Below are positions 37,301 to 49,669 of a DNA stretch of 64,000 bases, in pieces; position 1 is the first letter of the stretch, and each line of letters starts with the position of its first letter. Origin of the DNA: Mobula birostris (lineage: Eukaryota). The position numbers and the translations under genes were made by a program. A model generated the notes under the pieces. That model was not told where the DNA came from. It saw only the letters and a list, made by a program, of their open reading frames with translations, and made no database searches. The DNA is taken from contig NC_092376.1 in assembly GCF_030028105.1 (NCBI RefSeq), positions 179,280,080 through 179,344,079 on the forward strand, written 5' to 3'.

Positions 37301-40300
37301 ATTAGGGAGAGTCAACATGGCTTTACGCGTGGTAGGTCATGTTTGACCAATCTATTGGAGTTTTTCGAGGAGGTTACCAGGAAAGTGGATGAAGGGAAGG
37401 CAGTGGATATTTTCTACATGGACTTCAGTAAGGTCTTTGACAAGGTCCCGCATAGGAGGTTAGTTAGGAAAATTCAGTCGCTAGGTATACATGGAGAGGT
37501 GGTAAATTGGATTAGACATTCGCTCAATGGAAGAAGCCAAAGAGTGGTAGTAGGGAATTGCTACTCCGAGTTCAGGCCTGTGACTAGTGGTGTGCCACAG
37601 GGATTACTGCTGGGTTCATTGTTATTTGTCATCTGTATCAATGATCTGGATGATAATGTGGTAAATTGGATCAGCAAATTTGCTGATGATACAAAGTTTG
37701 CAGGTGTAGTAGACAGTGAGGAAGGTTTTCAGAGCCTGCAGTGGGACTTGGACCAGCTGGAAAAATGGGCTGAAAAATGGCAGATGGAGTTTAATACAGA
37801 CAAGTGTGAGGTATTGCACGTTGGTAGGACAAACCAAAGTAGAACATACAGGGCTAATGGTAAGGCACTGAGGAGTGCAGTGGAACAGAAGGATCTGGGA
37901 ATACACATACAGAATTCCCTAAAAGTGGCGTCACAGGTAGATGGGGTCGTAAAGAGAGCTTTTGGTACATTGGCCTTTATTAATCAAAGTATTGAGTATA
38001 AGAGCTGGAATATTATGATGAGGTTGTAAAAGGCATTGGTGAGACCGAATCTGGAGTATTGTGTTCAGTTTTGGTCACCAAATTACAGGAAGGATATAAA
38101 TAAGGTTGAAAGAGTGCAGAGAAGGTTTACAAGGATGTTGCCGGGACTTGAGAAACTCAGTTACAGAGAAAGGTTGAACAGGTTAGGACTTTATTCCCTG
38201 GAGCATAGAAGAATGAGGGGAGATTTGGTAGAGGTATATAAGATTATGATGGGTATAGATAGAGTGAATGCAAGCAGGCTTTTTCCACTAAGGCAAGGGG
38301 AGAAAAAAACCAGAGGACATGGGTTAAGGGTGAGGGGGGGGAAAGTTTAAAGGGAACATTGGGGTGGCTTCTTCACACAGAGAGTGGTGGGAGCATGGAA
38401 TGAGCTGCCAGATGAGGTGGTAAATGCGGGTTCTTTTTTTAACATTTAAGAATAAATTGGACAGATACATGGATTGGAGGTGTATGGAGGGATATGGTCC
38501 GTGTGCAGGTCAGTGGGACTAGGCAGAAAATGGTTCGGCACAGCCAAGAAGGGACAAAAGGCCTGTTTCTGAGCTTTAGTTTTTCTGTGGTTTCTATAGG
38601 TCATGAGAAGGCCTTGACGGACAGTTTTAAGGAAAGCCCCAAGACATTCTACAAGTAGCTGAAGAGCAAGAGGATAAGACGTGAGAGAATAGGACCAATC
38701 ACGTGTGATAGTGGAAAAGTGTGTATAGAACCGGAGGAGATAGCAGAGGTACTTAATGAGTACTTTGCATCAGCATTCACGACGGGAAATGATCTAGGAG
38801 ATTGTAGGGATGACTTACAGTGGACTAAAAAGCTTGGGCATGTAGATATTAAGAAAGGGGATGTTCAGGAGCTTTTGGAAAGCATCAAGTTGGATAAGTC
38901 ACAGGGACTGGATGAGATGTACCCCCAGGCTACTGTGGGAGGCGTGGAAGGGGTTTCCTGAGCCCCTGGCGATGATCTTTGCATCATCAATGGGGAGAGG
39001 AGAAGTTCCTGAGGATTGGAGGGTTGTGGATGTTGTTCCATTATTCAGGAACGTAAGTAGAGATAGTCCAGGAAATTATAGACCAGAGAGTCTTACTTCA
39101 GTGGTCAGTGAGTTAATGGAGACGATCCTGAGCGGCAGGAAGTATGAACATTTGGAGAGGCATTATATGATTAGGAATTTTCAGCATGGCTTTCAGAAAG
39201 GCAGGCCGTGCGTTACGAACCTGATTGAATTTTTTGAGGCTGTGACTAAACACATTGATGATGGTTGAGCAGTAAATGTAGGGTAAATGGATTTCAGCAA
39301 GGCATTTGACAAGGTACCCCATGCAAGGCATATTGAGAAAGTAAGGAGGCATGGGATCAAAGGGAACATTGCTTTGTGGATCCAAAACTGGCTTGCCCTC
39401 GGAAGACAGAGTGGTTGTAGATTGATCATATTCCACATGGAGGTTGGTTACCAGTTGTGTGCCTCAGGAATCTGTTCTGGGACCCCTACTCTACGTGATT
39501 TACATAAATGACCTGGATGAAGAAGTGGAGAGATGCTTTAGTAAATTTGCTGATGACACAAAGGTTGGAGGTGTTGTGGATAGTGTGGAGGGCTGTCAGA
39601 GGTTACAGTGGGACATTGATAGGATGCAAAACTGGGCTGAGAAGTGGCAGATGGAGTTCAACCCAGATAAGTGTAAGGTGGTTCATTTTGGTGGGTCAAA
39701 TATGATGGCAGCCTATAGTATTAATGGTAAGACTCTTTGTGGAAGATTAGAGGGATCTTGTGGTCCGAGTTAAAAGGACACTCAAAGCTGTTGAGCAGGT
39801 TGACCCTGTGGTTAAGAAAGCATACGGTGCATTGGCCTTCATCAATCGTGGAATTGAATATGGGAGCCGAGAGGTAACGTTGCAGCTATATAGGACCTTG
39901 CTCAGACCCCACTTGGAGTATTGTGCTCAGTCCTGGTCGCCTCATTATAGGACGGATGTGGAAATCATAGAAAGGGTGGAGAGAAGATTTACAAGGGTGT
40001 TGCCTGGATTGGGGAGCATTACTTATGAGAATAGGTCGAGTGTACTCGGCCTTTTCTCCTTGGAACGACGGAGAATGAGATGTGACCTGATAGAGGAGTA
40101 TAAGACGATAAGAAGCATTGATCGTGTGGATAGTCAGAGGCTTTTTACCAGGGCTGAAATGCCTAGCACGAGAAGACACAGTTTTAAGGTGCTTGGAAGT
40201 AGATACAGAGGTAAGTTTTTTTAAGCAGAGTGTGATGAGTGCGTGGAATGGGCTGCCGGCGACAGTGGTGGAGGAGGATACGATAGGGTCTTTTAAGAGA

Positions 40301-40440
40301 CTCCTGGACAGGTATATGGAGCTCGGAAAAATAGAGGGCTCTGGGTAACCCTAGGTAATTTCTTAGGTAAGGATATGTTCGGCACAGCTTTTTTGGGCCT
40401 AAGTGTCTGTATTGTGCTGTAGGTTTTCTATGTTTCTATG
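34375..40440 (+). mobile_element. Older 5'-truncated CR1 (34375-~34435 plus 38598-40440), split by a nested full-length CR1
   Basis: Left piece encodes KEFKKEIRTA and the right piece resumes GHEKAL...PKTFYK, which is a continuous CR1 ORF2 stretch. RT ORFs at 38719-40348; tail at ~40423-40440. Confidence 0.85.
34440..38597 (+). mobile_element. Near-full-length CR1 LINE (5' UTR, ORF1 zinc finger and SGNH esterase, ORF2 APE and RT), disrupted
   Basis: GC-rich 5' UTR at ~34490-34660. ORF1 from ATG 34691 (CSSC...CKKC) continuing into 34923-35624 (GDSIVRG, GTSDI, DGLHLN). ORF2 fragments at 35703-38350. Several stops and frameshifts. Confidence 0.95.
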
Positions 40441-41111
40441 ATGCATCCAACATGATCTGCTGACAATGTACCTGACCGGAGTAGATGGTGAGGGTGTTTG
40501 TATTTAGATGTACGTTACTGCTAAGAGAGACGACTGTCTGAATGTGATCCACCTTGTTTATGTAAGGTTTTCTGTTATTGTAAGAGCCATGAATGGAGTC
40601 CTCCACTGTTAAAATATCAGACAGTATCTTCATTTCTGATCTTGTCAGAAAGGAATTTGATTAAAGAAATAAAATTACCTTGACATTATCTGGGAACATC
40701 CAGCAAGAATGAAATGGAATGAGAAGAATGCGCTGCAGTCTTTCCAACACTGCTTTACTTCGGATAACTTATCTTGAATGGATTGTTTCTCCCTGGTTCC
40801 GTAAGACTTGATTTGTTTTCACTGATATACATTTCTGTCACTGTTAGTTAAACTAAGCTAGAAGGTAAAGGTAAATCACTTCGGTGGCATTGTGAAACTA
40901 CCCTCTTATCAATGTTTCGACCAGGATAGTAATGAAACCTGAAGCTGAGTGATCCTGGCCCAACTCCTGCAACAGCATACAAGCTGTATTGAAGTCAGTA
41001 CTCATTCTGTCAACGCAAGCACTGGGCTAGATTTCATTCGATTTAATAATTCCTCTTTTTTTCTGAAATAACAGACACCTAGACTGTTTTCCAGTTCTAC
41101 ATGAAAACATA

Positions 41112-41724
41112 TGTAACGCACTGTAAGGATTCACTGCTAATATAATGGCTTTCCTGTAATGTTTCAGTGGTAAGGCTAATGAAATGGCTTCTCTGTAATG
41201 TTCACTGCTGGGGTAACGGTTTCTCTGCAGCAGCAACGTTTAGGCTATGGCTGGAGATAATGGGACTATGGTTATGCATGTTAGCCATTCGGGGGATTGT
41301 TGCTTTGTCTTGTGAATCTGGAAGGAGGCTTTTCGCGGTCTTTGGTCGAGGAGAGATGAGGGAAGACACGTGTGGAGAGAGCTGGTAGACCACCGTACGG
41401 AGTGGACTGGGATCTGAGGGACGGACGGTCGGCGACGCTCGGAGGAGAGCGATGGTGGAAGAATAGCGATTTTGTGAGATCCAACGTGTACTTTTGACTT
41501 TTCGTTGAAATATGCCTTTTTTGTTCATTACTAACCCCATATTCAGATTAAGATTCATAAAGTTCAATCATTTAATTGCATATGGTGTACTGTCTGATAT
41601 TTTGCGTTGTGGGCTTGTAACTGGGCGGTATATTACTTACACAGCATTCACACAAACGTGATTTCTCCGTTTGGCGGGGCCAGAGGCTGTTTTCCCCAAG
41701 ACAAACACGAGCCTGAGGGTTACA
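41112..41724. mobile_element. Solo LTR (Gypsy-like)
   Basis: Termini TGTAAC...GTTACA (perfect 6-nt inverted repeat, TG..CA). Flanks CATA/TATA form an imperfect 4-bp TSD. Short internal repeats at ~41140-41230. Confidence 0.65.
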
Positions 41725-43799
41725 TATATTTGAAGTACCTCAGTGAGTATACTCCTATAACACAAACGTTCAGCACTCTGGTCAAATGTGGACGCAATCA
41801 TATGTATTTACCTGAAAGATTAAAACTGCGTAATCAGGAATTGATTGAAGAAAAAAACAGTTTCAGCATGTGTTGCTGCTCGATTTTTTTTAATGATTGC
41901 GCGAGTGTTAAACAGCTAAGGTTTGGCTGGATTGTCCAACGCACTGGACATAAGCATAGTGGCTTGAATATTTTGCAGAAACTGTACTTGCAGCCCGCAA
42001 TACATTTAGCCATTCCCAGTGTCAAGCAGGATAGTTTCACTCGTAATGGAGATAGATCAATCAAATAGGCTGACGGAGACTGCAAAATCTTAGTTTGCAC
42101 TTTTACGCATATGCTGAACTTCCAGTTTTTGATGGCGTCGTAGTCCTCACAAATATTTATTGTACTATTGTTTTAACTTCTGCATTTTGAAACTTCGATC
42201 TAGCATATGTGGCAGTGTAAACTCTTTAATCTAACGTCCCCGACACTGAAAGCCGCTGATCAACGATTAGTTCTATCCACTGCAGCCATTAACTTTCTGA
42301 TATTTATAAGAATAAATAAATACATACATTGTGTAAACGGCACATTATCAGTCCATTAATGACTTCAAAGACTCGTTCGAATTTAAAACGTATTCGATAT
42401 CATTAGATAATAGATGAGGATCACTGGAATGAAAAGAAATCATATTTCAGTTCCAACAAAGAGTGCTTGATTTTGGAAATAACACTATATTGTTTTAATA
42501 TGTCTACAGATAGTGCATGACTTGCTGATTTTGCAGCATTTTCCATTCTTTTATTTATACACATTCGATTTTTCTTTTTGTTTTGTCCTTATTATTTTTT
42601 GTATCTCTGCCTTCTGCCAGCAATTGTTGGTATTATCTCTGCTATTCCCATTCTTATGTCCTCTCTTGCCACTTTGCTCCACAAATACCTGCCACCAACG
42701 GCTGCCATTTAATCTTTTGTTTTGCACTCTATCTTTTTCGTCATTGTTCCCCTTTCTAATTCCACTGTCTCAATAAGGTAGCCTTCCTTTCATTTCTAAT
42801 CAAAGTTGAAATGTTGTTTTGTACTTGTATCTCTTCAAACAGCATCTCAGATATTTTCTCATGTTATTTGTGTTTTATTGAAAACACAAAGACTATATGT
42901 GGAAGTTTTCTCTAAGCATATATATTATTATTAACTCGGTAAATTATAATATTGTAACTTGGACTTAAAATTGTCTCATGCAAGTTTTCAATAAATACTT
43001 GCTGTGATACAATTGAATCAGGTACAATTATGCACCTAAGACAAAGTTATACATTCTGCTGGTGCGTATAAAACACTTCTTACTGTGCTCAGAAAAATAA
43101 AAACAAACTGATGGGAATTTTGGAAAATATTTGTAGTAAGGAAGATCTTTGATACCTGTATCAACTGAAGTCCTATTGCACTGCAAAAGTAACTGAATGT
43201 AACCATTGATAGCCTCTTTATGATAGGAACTATCTTCATAACTGAAAACGTTGCCACAAACGTGAAAGCATCCTTGTGATTTTTAAAAATTTTATTCATG
43301 GTTTGCGTCAATAAGGGTTGTTTACAATCTTGCGGTAGCCTTCAGCAAGGTTAAATGTTGAAATTTTCAGCAAAGTCATTGAGTCTATCTCAAATATAAA
43401 GTAACTGTAATATCAACACGATTAAATGAGAAGAAGACCGTTGATATATAAACGAGTGATTATGGACCCTATACTAAAAAAAAGTTCTATACGTATTTGA
43501 GCGAAATATAAATGAAAACATATTCTTGCTTTGTTTAAAAATATTACAAAGATTGCAAGAAATTCTACCTCAAATAGAATTTAAATTCCACTTTCAATTG
43601 CGTAATAATTTAGCATTTCCGATATATATCTCAGCGACAGAATAACATTTTTTATATATATGTAATCCCTTAAGTAACGTGCCTGTCATTAAAATGTCAA
43701 TAAACCATTCGTTTCTGTTAGTTTCGTTTCAAATTAGTTCAACGATTTGTAAAAATAACTTGTAATTTTAATTTTTAACTGGAGTTCAATTTTAACAAC

Positions 43800-43922
43800 A
43801 CTGTCAGTGCAGTTATAGGCTGAGACTCTTTGTGTCGCTGTCTACCAATAAGGAGGTGAAATGCAGCTGGTGATCCACCACCCATCCCCCAATACCCGAG
43901 AAAGGACGGAAAGTAATGGCGG
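43800..43922 (+). promoter_or_regulatory. cPcdh promoter 4 (CSE, CGCT 43836)
   Basis: Invariant 43-mer at 43818-43860. Confidence 0.9.
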
Positions 43923-44061
43923 TGAGCGCAGAAACAAAGCGAACCTTTTATTCAGATGATCACTCCTCGACTTATTTCTTTGGATTGCTTTGGATATCAA
44001 GCAGAATGTGATCAACCGTAAACATTTGTTTAAGGTTTCAGTCATCTAACCTGCAAATGAA

Positions 44062-46521
44062 ATGGCACATAGGAGTGTTCTTTTCGAGCTGAGAAAGTCA
44101 GCGATAACCTCCATCTTTCTGCTTTGTGTGTGGAATCTGGTTTGCGGGCAGATTCGTTACTCCATTCCTGAGGAACTGGAACGTGGGGCGTTTGTCGGGA
44201 AAATCGGAAAAGATCTGGATTTGAGCATAGAGGAACTAACAAGTCGTAAATTCAGAATTGTATCAGTCACGTCAATACAATATTTGGATGTGAACCGGTC
44301 GAACGGTAATTTGTACGTGAATGCAAGAATTGACAGGGAACAGCTGTGTGGTCAGAGTGATGACTGTGTACTGCTCTTGGAAGCGGTGGTTGAAAACCCC
44401 GTCGAACAATACCGGGTGGAAGTTGAGATTCTGGATATCAATGATAACTCTCCGACTTTTCCGAACACGGAAGTTCGTTTGGAGATTCTAGAAACTGTAA
44501 TGCCTGGAGCCCATTTTCTGTTAGAGCGCGCACATGATGGGGACGGACGAAATAATTCCATTCGAACGTATCAGCTTAATTCAAATGAACATTTCATTTT
44601 AGATGTACAGAGTACTGGGAAGTGGAAGTTACCCGAATTAGTACTGGAGACATTTCTTGACCGAGAAAATCAGTCCGAATACAGTCTAGTACTAACCGCT
44701 CTTGACGGCGGTTCTCCAGAAAGGTCAGGTACCGCGCATATAACTATTGTAATCCTGGATGCAAATGACAATGCTCCGCTGTTTCATAAATCGCTGTATA
44801 GTGTTAATCTGAGGGAAAATATGCCGCCTAATTCTTTAGTGATTAACCTTCACGCGACTGACTTAGACGCGGGTATGAATGGCGAAATTGTGTATACTTT
44901 CAGCAGTAACAATGAGCCAATATTAAGCGAAATATTTACAATTAATCCACACTCAGGGGAGATTCGTACAAAAGGAATGTTGGACTTTGAGCAATCCAAT
45001 ATTTATCAGATTTATGTGGAAGCTAAGGACAGAAGCGTGCACCCGTTGTCTTCGCACTGTGTCGTGCGCGTCGAGATTGCAGACGTCAATGACAACTCTC
45101 CAGACTTGACAATAAATTCTATTTCCAGTACAATCAGCGAAGATAGTCCGACTGGAGCTTTGATAGCGTTGCTGAGTGTCACAGACCGTGATTCCAATCA
45201 AAATGGAGATATCGACTGTTCCATTTTTCCGAACATCCCCTTCGAGTTGAAATCTTCCTTTTCAAATTCTTACAGGCTTGTAACTAGTGCGTTACTGGAT
45301 AGAGAAAGAGTTGCTCAACATATAATAACGGTGACGTGTAAAGACCATGGTTCCCCTCCGTTATTCTCCAACAGAACAATCATTGTCAATATTACCGATG
45401 TAAACGATAATGCGCCACAGTTTACGCAGCCTTCGTATACGGTCTATGTCACAGAAAACAATAAACGTGAAAGTTACATTGGAAGAGTGACGGCATTGGA
45501 TCTTGATATTGATCGAAATTCACAAATATCTTACGCTATTTTGGAGCAACAGATTCAGTCAATGCCGGTATCTTCTTACCTCTATATCCACTCAACCAAC
45601 GGCAGTATCTACTCCAAAATATCATTTGATTATGAGCATCTTAAGACTTTTCAGTTTCGCGTTCGAGCTCAGGATGGCGGACTACCATCACTTTCCAGCG
45701 ACGTTACTGTGCATGTAATTGTCTTGGACCAGAACGACAATACGCCTACTATAATATCACCAGGAACAAAAGGCAATGCCAGTTTGCCTGTCCTCCGATC
45801 TGCATATCCAGGATATTTGATAACAAAGATCATTGCATCCGACGCAGATTCTGGTAAAAATGGACAACTTTTCTATAATCTGAAACAGGCCACCGTCCCG
45901 GGTCTTTTTATAGTTTCACATAATTCAGGAGAAATAAGGAGTGTTCGGCGGTTCAAAGATAGTGACGCCACTATACAAAAACTAACTGTTCAGGTGAAGG
46001 ATAATGGGTATCCATCTCTTTCCGCCACAACAACCTTAACCGTGACAGTAATTGATGAAGGTGCAACGTATCAGCCGGACATTAGTGAGCCGCGTCAGGA
46101 TCTAAATAAAACACAGCAATTAAGTTTCTATATAGTAATTATTTTGGGAGCAACGTCTTTAATTCTGCTGGTGATTGTCATCGTGCTTGTCGTCTTAATA
46201 TGCCCAATGGGCAGTAGTGCTGCTTCAATCAACGTCTGCCCTTTCGCACTCTGCTGCCGCACCAGGGAGTTGGAATACAGGTATCCAAATGCAAATGTCA
46301 AACCTCAGTCTGCTCGTGATTCCCACCTCATTCCAAATATACTTGAGGTTCGCGGCAATGGATCCCTTTCAGAAACGTATCGCTATAAAATCCGGTCGGC
46401 ACCTGAACCAGCTGAAGTATGTTTCACGCCATTCGGTCTACAGGTGGCAGGAACCATTGGAAAGGACGGCAGATTTACTCTGCAGTACAATGCAAAGCCG
46501 TTGCATAGCTGTTCAAATGAG
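44062..46521 (+). CDS. Clustered protocadherin variable exon 4
   Basis: ATG at 44062; SP, EC1-6, TM. Phase-0 donor GAG|GTGAGT at 46521/46522; unspliced stop at 46599. Closest paralogue of exon 3. Confidence 0.95.
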
Positions 46522-47587
46522 GTGAGTGCTGTGTATAAAATGGAACATGAAAATTTTACGAAGTTATTCCCCTTAGGGGTGAGACATTACTTGGTTTGAA
46601 ATACCAGCCGACGCTTACATTGATTGACATTTCCTGACTGCAGTTTTCATTACTTATGGAGTTTGATCATTCTTAAGATTAACTGTGTTGCATTGATAAC
46701 ATAATGTCAGTTATGGTGTTTTGCAATTTATAAGGCGAACTGAACCATATAAACTTGTGGAAACTAAACTAGTTGCCACCTCTCTGATATACAACATTAC
46801 AAGAGAAGATCCCTAATTTCGGTAACGGATTATTGCCAGATAAGCTTTACAATTTACAATTTCTATACTCTTCATCTGGTACTAATTCAGTACCCAAATG
46901 ATGGCTCAAACATTTGGTTAAAGGGGTAGAAAGAAATATTTATACCTTCACAGAACGTGCTGTGATCGAGTAAATATGTTGATTCGCCGTCGCAGCATCT
47001 CATTTCTGTTTGAAGTAATTTCCAACAGAACATAATAGCAATCCTTCACCTGATTACTTTCAGGGTCATTAGATAATTTAACATGATTAGATAACTCAAA
47101 AATGTATGATCTTTAAATTTTCAAAATTATTTGGAAAGAAGGTGTAATTAATCCCGATAAAAGTATTCATAACAATAATTGCAGAGTTTTGCAAACAATT
47201 TCAATTATTTGAAGTAGAACAGTAATGCTAGTTGTCCAGGCGAATCAAAGGATAGTATGAAAGTTGTTTGAGAGAGTCAAAGAGCACGTTAATGAGCCAT
47301 TCGGCCAACTCATCCCCGCCCACTTCTGATCACCAATCCTTTTTAATGCAAACTTCCAGCACGAAGCGCGCAGCCATCAATGGCGAGGCGATTGAAACAA
47401 TTCCGTCTTTAAAAGAGGAAAAATATCAGTGCCAATCTCTCCGTCCTTCTTGGCGTTCCTATCAAAGTATATTTTTGATAAATATTTATCAATATTAATT
47501 CTATTGTTATCTTTTCAAATGCTTTCTGACTTGCCCGGTACCGCCAGTACTCCATTTTGTTTCAGATTTCTGGCAACTACCTTCTCA

Positions 47588-47620
47588 ATCTATCTACATG
47601 TCTATTTGTTTGATCTCTCG

Positions 47621-47657
<37 letters not shown>

Positions 47658-47732
47658 AGTCTATTTGTCAATCTGTCTCGCTGTCTATCTATCTATTTGT
47701 CTATCTATCTGTCTATCTGCCTGTCTGTCTGT
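47588..47732. repeat. Compound (CTAT)n/(CTGT)n microsatellite
   Basis: Direct reading. A shorter paralogous array lies at ~33731-33778. Confidence 0.95.
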
Positions 47733-48689
47733 CCCACTCCCCCTACTTATAAAGAGAGACGATATTCACCCTCCAATAGAGACAGCCACAGCAGAATTTG
47801 CGATGTATGTTTCTCTCTTCATTATCTTGTATGGTTTACTGAGTATTTAGAGAATTGGCTGATTTTATTTCAATTTTCCGTGTTTTAACTAGCATAATTT
47901 TACTGATTCTATAGCTTTCTCAACCAGCTCCTCATCTTTGCACAGCCAGCTATGTATAGTTTCTTCCGATTAGTATAGAATTTTTAATAAATTTATACTT
48001 TTATATTTTATAATATTTTAAATAACGTTATTCATTTCGTCTATTTCAACTTATTACTTGAAAATTCCATTGAAATGTTAAAGGGCGTTTGGCAGCCACA
48101 AACTGCAAAGCCCTGTCATTCGTCGCTGCCACGTGACGTCATCACTCCTCACGCCCTGTTCCGACGTTGCTAAGGCATAATACATCCGTGATCATTGATG
48201 CTGGAGTGTCGTAACATGTAGAATATGAGGGCTTGGGAAAGTTGTCCACGACTGAAGTTGCTGTTAACCCTTTTAAGGATAAACAAGCACAGGTCTTTGG
48301 TGGATCCAACATGTCCTGGCTGAAAGTGTACCTGACTGGTCCATTACTTCGGGACAAAATACCGATATCAGAAAATAGTCAATGCTCACGCCAAGGAACA
48401 AAATTACTTAGATGGTGAGGGTGCTTGTATCTTACTGAGATACTTCAACAGAGTAGCGGGAGCATTAGTGCGCCACATATCACTTGGAGCTGTTGAAGTG
48501 TTCGTAATTATGCATTTGGCAAGGTTCAATAAAAAGAGGTTAGGTTTAAGTGGAGCAGTCATTGCGTGAATGCAGAGTATCAGAGTGGAGAGTTCAGTCT
48601 TTGACTAATAGAGACTTCACTGAGGGTAGACGAAGGCTATATGGAGAATTTTTCGTTTGATTTTTATTCATTTATTTTTGTTGCATATT

Positions 48690-48870
48690 TAGAGCAGTGG
48701 GGGTGCCAGACCTGATAATGAAATGCTCCTCTCTCGGGACGTGGGAAAGCAGGAAGACCTCCACTGTCCCTGAAGGCTACACCTGCAAGAACTGCATCCA
48801 GATGCAGCTTCTTGCAGACCGTGTTAAGGATTTGGAGTTGAATCTGAATGAACATCGGATCATTTGGAGT
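48690..48870 (+). mobile_element. CR1 ORF1 5' fragment (zinc finger)
   Basis: ORF 48697-48930 (MKCSSLGTWE...TCKNCIQMQLL) aligns to ORF1 at 34691. Confidence 0.75.
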
Positions 48871-48872
48871 CT

Positions 48873-49017
48873 CACACACAAAATGTTGAAGGATCTCAGC
48901 AGACCATGCAGCATCTGTGAAAAACAATAAGTAGGTGACGTATCAAGTCGAGACCCTTCATCAGGACTGCCAGACTGCCTGGCCTGCGGAGTTCCTCCAG
49001 CATTTTGTCTGCGTTGC
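48873..49017. mobile_element. Asymmetric inverted PLE-terminus element with hammerhead motif (48932-48969, minus)
   Basis: Left arm reverse complement is CAGTC-CTGATGA-AGGGTCTCGACTT-GATAC-GTC-ACCTA. The right arm is a shorter inverted copy of the terminus (CTGCCTGGCCTGCGGAGTTCCTCCAGCATTTTGT). Confidence 0.75.
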
Positions 49018-49382
49018 GATGAAGAACCACGTTGAAATTTAAGCGAGTGGTTATGAATTCTGCATAATGGTGATTATGGATTTGAGCGAAATTTAAACGA
49101 GAACATATTTTTACCTTGTTTAGAAATGCAGCCGAGATTGAAACAAATTCTCTCAAACAGAATTTAAATTTTATTTTTAATTGCGTAATAACTGTTCTTA
49201 ATATCTCTGCATATGTCTAAGCGAAAGAAAGACTCTTCTATATATTTATCATCGTTTAGATAACGTGTCTGTAGTTCAAATATCTATAAACCATTCTCCT
49301 TTGCAATGTCATTTCAAATTATTTTACCGTTTCCAAAAAAATTCTAAGTTTAAGACGCTAACTGGAGTTCAGTTTTGACAAC

Positions 49383-49506
49383 ATTTTCAGTGCAGTTATA
49401 GGCTGAGACTCTTTGTGTCGCTGTCTACCAATAAGGAGGTGAAATGCAGCTAGTGATCCACCACCCATCCCCCCATTATCCGGGAAAGGAAGCAAAATAA
49501 TGGCGG
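49383..49506 (+). promoter_or_regulatory. cPcdh promoter 5 (CSE, CGCT 49419)
   Basis: Invariant 43-mer at 49401-49443. Confidence 0.9.
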
Positions 49507-49669
49507 TGTGTGTGCGAACGCAGCGAACCAACTGTTCAACTGATCGTACTTTTTCAACTTCTTTCCCGCAATGAGGGTATTGGCTTGGATTTGCTGGAGG
49601 ATGATGTCAACTAAAATCATTTCTCAGATATTTACAATCTATCACACAGAAGGAATAGCACAAAGGAAC

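Noticed and set aside
12005-44045. Recurrent minus-strand ORFs over the promoters (HYSASF..WGMGGGSPAA.HLLIGRQRHKESQPI at 12005, 22279 and 30483; alternative frame at 22355 and 43842) as a small-protein family
   Set aside because: The similarity is fully explained by the conserved promoter DNA. Starts and lengths are inconsistent and the region is not open in the same frame in all paralogues. Non-coding antisense transcription cannot be judged from sequence.
47429-47888. ORFs with IYLS repeats
   Set aside because: Translations of the (CTAT)n microsatellite.
12051-49506. Regularly recurring 43-nt repeat as a CRISPR-like array
   Set aside because: Copies are 5-13 kb apart, each precedes a protocadherin exon, there are no cas genes and the context is eukaryotic.
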